Part shown: in pieces, positions 42,734 to 48,333 of the stretch
Numbering within the stretch: the stretch's first letter is position 1
Layout: each line of letters opens with the position of its first letter
NCBI GenBank assembly: GCA_017504065.1
Contig: JAFVRU010000176.1
Coordinates: forward strand, 1 to 48,333
DNA length: 48,333 bases
Source of the DNA: Clostridia bacterium
GTDB lineage: Bacteria > Bacillota > Clostridia > Christensenellales > Borkfalkiaceae
Direction of reading: 5' to 3'
Notes under the pieces: model-generated
The model's input: the letters and a program-made list of their open reading frames with translations, nothing else
Databases searched by the model: none
What the model was told of the DNA's origin: nothing
Position numbers and translations under genes: made by a program

Positions 42734-43927
42734 TTACTCCTGTTCGTAACAATGACAAGCTACGAAATGCCCGTCTTCATACTCCTGATATTTGGGAGCG
42801 ATATGTTGACAGATCTCCATCGCTTTCGGGCAGCGCGTATGGAATTTACAACCCTTCGGCGGGTTTGCGGGGGACGGAATATCCCCTTTCAACAAGATAC
42901 GATCCACCTTTTCGTTGGGATCAGGGTTAGGAACAGCGGAGAACAACGCTTGCGTATACGGGTGCAAGGGTTTGTCGAAAATCGCTTGCTTGCCGCCGAA
43001 TTCCACCATCGAACCGAGATACATAACGCCGATTTTATCAGAAATGTGTTTTACAACCGACAAGTCGTGCGAAATGAACAAATACGTGAGTTGACGTTCC
43101 TGTTGCAATTTCTTCAACAAGTTGATGATTTGCACTTGAATCGACACGTCGAGCGCGGAAACCGGCTCGTCGCAAATGACGAGTTTGGGCGCAACCGCCA
43201 AAGCCCGCGCGATACAAATACGTTGACGTTGCCCGCCCGAGAATTCGTGCGGGTATCTTTCGTAATAGTAATCACGAAGACCGCATTGTTCCATAATCCC
43301 CAATACGTATTCCTTGACTTGTTCGGGTGGAACAATCTTATGTACTTTTACGGGTTCAGACAAAATGTCGCCAACCGTGCTTCTGGGCGGCAACGAAGAA
43401 TACGGATCTTGGAATACAATCTGCATTTTCGTACGCAACGCGCGCATTTGCTTGGAGCTAAACCCCGCGATATCCTGCCCTTCAAAGAAAATTTGTCCTT
43501 CCGTCGGCTGATGCAGCTTTAATATCGTTCTGCCCATCGTAGTCTTTCCGCAACCGGATTCCCCTACGATCCCGAGCGTTTCGCCGGGGTGGATTTTGAT
43601 AGAAACGTCGTCCACCGCTTTCAGCGTCGAAAGGGGTACGCCCATCAAAGTCTTTTTCAACACGAAATGTTTCTTCAAATGGCGAACTTCGAGCAAAGCG
43701 TCGGGATCGGGCGGAAGCAATCTATCCGCGTCGATCTGCGCTTGGCGCTCCGCTTCTTCTTTCGCTTGTTCGGCTACGTCGTCGAATGCAACTTCCGTTT
43801 CCACGGCTACGTTTTCCGTCGTCGGTTCTACCGTTTCCGCAGTTTCTTGGATTTCGTTGTCAACCGTCGCGCTCGCTTCACCTTGAAGCGTTACGTCCGA
43901 TTGTACTTCTACGTCTTTTTTCTTCAT
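42734..43927 (-). CDS. Oligopeptide/dipeptide ABC transporter ATP-binding protein (OppF-like) with an acidic N-terminal extension
   Basis: 397 aa. Walker A GESGCGKTT, signature FSGGQRQR, Walker B LVICDEPVSALD and the C-terminal oligo_HPY region. The first 80 aa or so are E/T/V/D-rich low complexity. Confidence 0.85.
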   Translation of the reverse strand: MKKKDVEVQSDVTLQGEASATVDNEIQETAETVEPTTENVAVETEVAFDDVAEQAKEEAERQAQIDADRLLPPDPDALLEVRHLKKHFVLKKTLMGVPLSTLKAVDDVSIKIHPGETLGIVGESGCGKTTMGRTILKLHQPTEGQIFFEGQDIAGFSSKQMRALRTKMQIVFQDPYSSLPPRSTVGDILSEPVKVHKIVPPEQVKEYVLGIMEQCGLRDYYYERYPHEFSGGQRQRICIARALAVAPKLVICDEPVSALDVSIQVQIINLLKKLQQERQLTYLFISHDLSVVKHISDKIGVMYLGSMVEFGGKQAIFDKPLHPYTQALFSAVPNPDPNEKVDRILLKGDIPSPANPPKGCKFHTRCPKAMEICQHIAPKYQEYEDGHFVACHCYEQE

Positions 43928-43928
43928 A

Positions 43929-45275
43929 TCAATCTTCCTTCGATTCGTCGTATAAATGACAACTTACGAAATGCGTCGGGCTTACCTGAATCATCTTCGG
44001 ATAATCGCCGGAGCATTTGCCGATGCATTGCGCGCATCTTTCCTTAAAGTAGCAGTTGTTGGGCATATTGATTGGATTGGGTACGTTCCCGGGAATATTG
44101 AACAACTTATCCCCCGACGACTTCATCGTCGGTTTGGATTTTTGCAAGCCTTGCGTATACGGGTGCAACGGGTTGTGGAAAATTTCCGCCGCCGTACCCT
44201 GTTCAATAATTCGTCCCGCGTACATAACCACGACGTAATCCGCCATTTCGGCAATAACGCCCAAGTCGTGCGTGATCAATAAGATCGAACCGTTAATTCT
44301 TCTCTTCAAATCGTTGAAAAGGTCCAAAATCTGCGCTTGAATGGTTACGTCGAGCGCCGTAGTCGGCTCGTCCGCGATAATCAAACGGGGTTCGCAAGCC
44401 AATGCCATTGCGATCATAACACGTTGACGCATACCGCCCGAAAGTTCGTGGGGATAGGAAGCATACACGCGTTCCGACATTGCGATTCCGACCATGTCCA
44501 ACATTTCAATAGAACGTTTTTTCGCGTATTCTTTCGTCGCGCCGGGTACGTGCAACAACGTTACTTCGTCCAACTGATTCCCGATCGTGAATACGGGGTT
44601 GAGCGAAGTCATCGGTTCTTGGAATACCATCGACATTTGTCTACCGCGCAAACGGTACATTTCGCGAATGGGCATTTTTGCGATATCGTATACGGTTTCT
44701 TCCTTTTCGAATACGCCGATGCCGTTTTCGTCCTTGACCTGTTTGGGTCTTGTCAAAGGCTTACCCGCTTTGTCCAATTTCGGGTTGCCCTTTCTATCTA
44801 AAACGGGTTCTTGAATAATTTCGCCGTTTTCGTCCTTTTCGTATACGGGAATATAATTCCCCTTTTCGTCGCGTTTGAAATCGTTCGTCTTGAATCGGAT
44901 CGAACCTTCTACAATCTGTCCCGAAGGACCTTGCAAAAGGCGCATAACCGACATTGACGTTACCGATTTCCCACAGCCCGATTCCCCTACGACGCCTACC
45001 GTCGAGTTTAAAGGAATATTGAACTGCACGCCGTTGACCGCTTTTACGACCCCTTGATCGGTAAAGAAATAGGAATGAAGATTTTCGATTTCCAAAATAT
45101 TGTTATCGTCCTTCATTTCCGTTACGTATTCCGAACGGGGCGCTTTGCGTTTTTTTGCTTTTTCAAGGCGGCGCATTTCTTGCGCGTTCGCTTTCGCGAT
45201 CGCCTTTACTTCTTTCCCTGTGAGATAATGCTTTTTCGCTTCCGCTTTTGCTTGATCTTTCTTAAACAACGCCAT
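43929..45275 (-). CDS. Oligopeptide/dipeptide ABC transporter ATP-binding protein (OppD-like) with a basic N-terminal extension and an internal insertion
   Basis: 448 aa. GESGCGKSV, LSGGMRQR and LIIADEPTTALD. Lys-rich N-terminus of about 55 aa. About 117 aa lie between Walker A and MVFQEP. Confidence 0.85.
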   Translation of the reverse strand: MALFKKDQAKAEAKKHYLTGKEVKAIAKANAQEMRRLEKAKKRKAPRSEYVTEMKDDNNILEIENLHSYFFTDQGVVKAVNGVQFNIPLNSTVGVVGESGCGKSVTSMSVMRLLQGPSGQIVEGSIRFKTNDFKRDEKGNYIPVYEKDENGEIIQEPVLDRKGNPKLDKAGKPLTRPKQVKDENGIGVFEKEETVYDIAKMPIREMYRLRGRQMSMVFQEPMTSLNPVFTIGNQLDEVTLLHVPGATKEYAKKRSIEMLDMVGIAMSERVYASYPHELSGGMRQRVMIAMALACEPRLIIADEPTTALDVTIQAQILDLFNDLKRRINGSILLITHDLGVIAEMADYVVVMYAGRIIEQGTAAEIFHNPLHPYTQGLQKSKPTMKSSGDKLFNIPGNVPNPINMPNNCYFKERCAQCIGKCSGDYPKMIQVSPTHFVSCHLYDESKED

Positions 45276-45278
45276 ATC

Positions 45279-46352
45279 TTATCTCCTTTGCTTGGGATCA
45301 AGTGCGTCGCGCAACCCGTCGCCGATAAAGTTAAACCCAAGCACGGCGATGATAATACAGATCCCCGGAGGGCCCCATACGTTGAAATAATTTTGCAAAA
45401 CGTAGTTGTTGCCCGAAATAACCTGTACCATCGAACCCCAAGAAGCATAGGGAATCTGTACCCCTAATCCGAGATAGGACAACGTCGATTCGTACAAAAT
45501 CATGCTCCCGAGCGACATAGTCATGGAAACGAGAATTTGCGGCAATACGTTGGGCAACAAATGCTTAAAGATTCGTCTCGGCGTGGAATACCCCATCGCT
45601 TCCGCAGCGACCATGTATTCCTGCTCCCGCAAGAACAAGATCTGACCGCGTACGAGCCGCGCCATGCCCGTCCATGAGAATAGCGATAATATCCCCATTA
45701 GCAAATATATGTAATATTCCGATGGTACGTTGTTTGCGTCCAATACCGTACCGATAATCAACATCAACGGTAGCGTTGGCAAGCACATCAAGACGTCGCA
45801 TATACGCATAATGACGTTATCGACCCAGCCGCCGTAGTAACCCGCTATGCCGCCCAAAACAATCCCGATTGCCGACGTTAATAGAACGGCAAGGAAACTG
45901 ATGGTGAGCGACAGTCTGCCGCCGTACATCAAACGAGTAAATACGTCCATACCCTTTTCGTCCGTACCGAGCAAATGCCCCGCAGACGGTTCGGCATACA
46001 GGTTGATACCCTTGTCGGTAACAATGACTTGCATAAACGGATCTTCTTCCGTTCCCGCTTCATATTCTTGGTATACAACACGTCCCGTACGGTCCGTTTC
46101 AATTTCGCCCCAACGGTGATATACCGTCGGACCGAGCCAACAGAACAAGAACAACGTTACAAGCATTACAAGCCCTACAATGGACAACTTCGAACGGAAA
46201 AACCGACGGAGCACCATACGCGTAGGCGACATCAGCCGTACGTTTTTATCTAAAGGCGTTTCCCCGTCTTCCACGGCAAGCGCGGCAAGCGCGGCAACCG
46301 CCGTTTCTTCCGCTTCTACGGGTTCTGCGCCTAATTCTTTCTTTTCTTCCAT
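45279..46352 (-). CDS. ABC transporter permease (OppC/DppC-like)
   Basis: 357 aa, multi-TM BPD_transp_1-type with an N-terminal OppC-like region. Position matches an opp operon. Confidence 0.85.
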   Translation of the reverse strand: MEEKKELGAEPVEAEETAVAALAALAVEDGETPLDKNVRLMSPTRMVLRRFFRSKLSIVGLVMLVTLFLFCWLGPTVYHRWGEIETDRTGRVVYQEYEAGTEEDPFMQVIVTDKGINLYAEPSAGHLLGTDEKGMDVFTRLMYGGRLSLTISFLAVLLTSAIGIVLGGIAGYYGGWVDNVIMRICDVLMCLPTLPLMLIIGTVLDANNVPSEYYIYLLMGILSLFSWTGMARLVRGQILFLREQEYMVAAEAMGYSTPRRIFKHLLPNVLPQILVSMTMSLGSMILYESTLSYLGLGVQIPYASWGSMVQVISGNNYVLQNYFNVWGPPGICIIIAVLGFNFIGDGLRDALDPKQRR

Positions 46353-46364
46353 CTCTTTTCTCCT

Positions 46365-47354
46365 TTACGCCAGCTTGACGCGCGGGTCAACGACCGCATA
46401 CATCAAATCGGCGAGTAAAACACCCATAACCGATAGGAACGCCAAGAACATATTATACGTCATAATGACGGGGATATCCCCTTGCATCATCGAATCCAAC
46501 GCGTACTGACCGATACCGCTCAAGTCGAAAACTTCTTCGGTAATCATCGCGCCCGAGAACAAGGACGGAATCAAGCCCGCCAAACCCGTTACAACGGGAA
46601 TGAGCGTATTACGGAACGCATGCTTATAAATGACTTTGCCTTCCGACAAGCCTTTCGCGCGCGCCGTACGGATATAATCGGAGTTCATAACTTCGAGCAT
46701 GTTCGTTCTCGTCATTCTCATACGTCCGCCAATGAACAGAATGACAACCGTCAACACGGGCAAGAACATGTGTCTTGCGTAATCCATAAACTTCGCAAAC
46801 CCTACGTAGGTACGAGATTCGTCGCTCATACCTGCAGGGGGGAACCAGCCCAATTCGATTGCGAAAATGTTCTTCAACATTTGTCCGAAGAAGAAAGACG
46901 GCAAGGAAATCCCGATCAATACGAGTATGGTAACCACGTAATCGCGTACGGAATATTGATGCGTTGCCGCGGTAATCCCGAGCGGGATCGCGATCAAAAA
47001 TTCAAAAATTGTCGCGATCGCCGCAATCATAAAGGAAGTACCGAGTTTATCTGCGCTGAAAATCTCCGAAAGAACGTCGCGTTGATTGACAAAGCTCTTC
47101 CCAAAATCCAAAAGGCAGAAGTTACTCAACCAATCGTTATATCCTTCGATAATATTGCCGTCTAACCCATACGTTTTATACATGAGTTGTTTAAATTCTT
47201 CCGTAACGCCTTCCGGGGTAGACTGTTGAAATTGTAAAATTTTAGAGTCTACGAAGTCCGTCGGCATGCAACGGAGCAATGCGTACAGAAGAAAGGAAAC
47301 GCCCAGCAAGATTAAAACGGAGATTCCCAATCTTTTTAAAATATACTTAAACAT
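46365..47354 (-). CDS. ABC transporter permease (OppB/DppB-like)
   Basis: 329 aa. MFKYILKRLGISVLILLGVSFLLYALL N-terminus and the RTARAKGLSE EAA-loop region. Confidence 0.85.
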   Translation of the reverse strand: MFKYILKRLGISVLILLGVSFLLYALLRCMPTDFVDSKILQFQQSTPEGVTEEFKQLMYKTYGLDGNIIEGYNDWLSNFCLLDFGKSFVNQRDVLSEIFSADKLGTSFMIAAIATIFEFLIAIPLGITAATHQYSVRDYVVTILVLIGISLPSFFFGQMLKNIFAIELGWFPPAGMSDESRTYVGFAKFMDYARHMFLPVLTVVILFIGGRMRMTRTNMLEVMNSDYIRTARAKGLSEGKVIYKHAFRNTLIPVVTGLAGLIPSLFSGAMITEEVFDLSGIGQYALDSMMQGDIPVIMTYNMFLAFLSVMGVLLADLMYAVVDPRVKLA

Positions 47355-47388
47355 TTTTACTCCAAGTGTAGATAATTTTTATCAAAGA

Positions 47389-48333
47389 TTAAGCCAATTC
47401 CAACTCCCAAACTTTTTCAAGCGGCGAAGTATAGGAATTTACGATCCCGTCGGCAGACGCCGTCAGACCTTTGATCGCCTTGCTGTTGTAAGCGTACAAC
47501 GTCATACGTTGATATACGGGCATTTCTACTGCCAAATCCAACACCAAGCCCATCGCTTGTTTATAAAGCGCTTTTCTCGTCGGTTGTTCTACAATCGAAC
47601 GCGCGTCGTCAATGATCTTACTCAAATTGTCAATGATATCAAATTCTCTGTAATACAAGGTGTCGTTTGCTTTAATTTCTCTATACCCCCAAGCATATAC
47701 GGACGTCGCCGTGGAATCCTTGTGGTATACTTGATACATATCGGGATCGATCGTCGAACCCCAAGCAGCCGCCCATACTTCGAGCGAGCCCGTCGAAAGC
47801 TTCATCAACGCTTGAGAGTCCGCTTTGACTTCTACCTTCCAACCCATTTCGTTCAAGAGCTCTGCCGCTTGCTTGAATACGTTGTACGTCGGGTGTTCGG
47901 TAATGGACGCGCCTGCGATCGTGAATTTGATTTCGAAATCCGTTTCGCCTTCCGCTTTCGCCAAGTCCGTATATTTTTGAATCTTGGTTCTAGCCGCGTC
48001 CACCGACGTCCATTGCATATAATCCTTACCGTTGGGCGCAGACGTTACGCCGTCGTCCCCGTACGGATATGCCCAGCTTTCCATGGACATAGGCCAGTCG
48101 ATATTCTTACAAGTACCGTCTTCATAGTATTCGAGCGCAAGACTCGTTTGCATAGCCGACATAATCGCTTTACGCGTGTTGATGTTCTTAACTTTCCCTG
48201 CGTTGATACCGATATAACCGTAGCCGAGCTGCCAGCCTTTCAGCATTTCGTAGCCCTTACTCTTCAAGCCGTCCAACCGATCGAAGTTTTCCGACGTGAA
48301 TTGCGGCGTAATATAGTCGACTTCCCCGTCCAC
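47389..48333 (-). CDS. ABC transporter substrate-binding protein, family 5 (OppA-like), N-terminus beyond the window edge
   Basis: The ORF is open to the window end. 314 C-terminal residues in an opp-operon position upstream of the permeases. Confidence 0.8.
   Translation of the reverse strand: MDGEVDYITPQFTSENFDRLDGLKSKGYEMLKGWQLGYGYIGINAGKVKNINTRKAIMSAMQTSLALEYYEDGTCKNIDWPMSMESWAYPYGDDGVTSAPNGKDYMQWTSVDAARTKIQKYTDLAKAEGETDFEIKFTIAGASITEHPTYNVFKQAAELLNEMGWKVEVKADSQALMKLSTGSLEVWAAAWGSTIDPDMYQVYHKDSTATSVYAWGYREIKANDTLYYREFDIIDNLSKIIDDARSIVEQPTRKALYKQAMGLVLDLAVEMPVYQRMTLYAYNSKAIKGLTASADGIVNSYTSPLEKVWELELA

Overview
Chromosomal window of about 50% G+C, coded almost entirely on the minus strand. 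It looks like a Firmicutes/Clostridia-type bacterium: a T-box leader, mcsA-mcsB-clpC, a CotF-like small protein and many near-consensus sigma-A promoters. Most of it is housekeeping: FAD oxidoreductase, a GT8 plus two acyltransferases, dtd, efp, an M24 peptidase, ribF, truB, pheST behind a Phe T-box, mscL, a GH36 alpha-galactosidase, nth, a DUF3343/class-V aminotransferase pair, an SDR, aroK-aroQ-aroE-aroA-aroB-aroC, clpC-mcsB-mcsA, proS, ppa, tRNA-Ser(GCU), an NCS2 purine permease, nagB, and an Opp-type ABC transporter that is cut at the window edge. Four parts are not ordinary. (1) A 2.28-kb low-GC (~33%) cassette at 30229-32505 is bounded by 36/38-bp imperfect inverted repeats. It carries its own promoter, a structured terminator-containing leader, a multi-domain surface lipoprotein and an overlapping small P-loop NTPase, but no transposase or recombinase. 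(2) A tandem array of three paralogous polytopic membrane proteins (34007-38067) matches no family I can name. One paralog ends in a Pro-rich linker plus a zinc ribbon, and that ribbon also occurs as a free-standing 78-aa gene at 42101-42337. (3) A stack of decayed repeat modules lies downstream of tRNA-Ser and includes a 14-nt copy of the tRNA 3' end. (4) The mcsA-mcsB-clpC operon lacks ctsR. It is headed by a leaderless, membrane-anchored XRE regulator and runs without detectable terminators into the shikimate operon. All calls rest on reading the sequence and translations and on remembered family motifs; no database search was possible.
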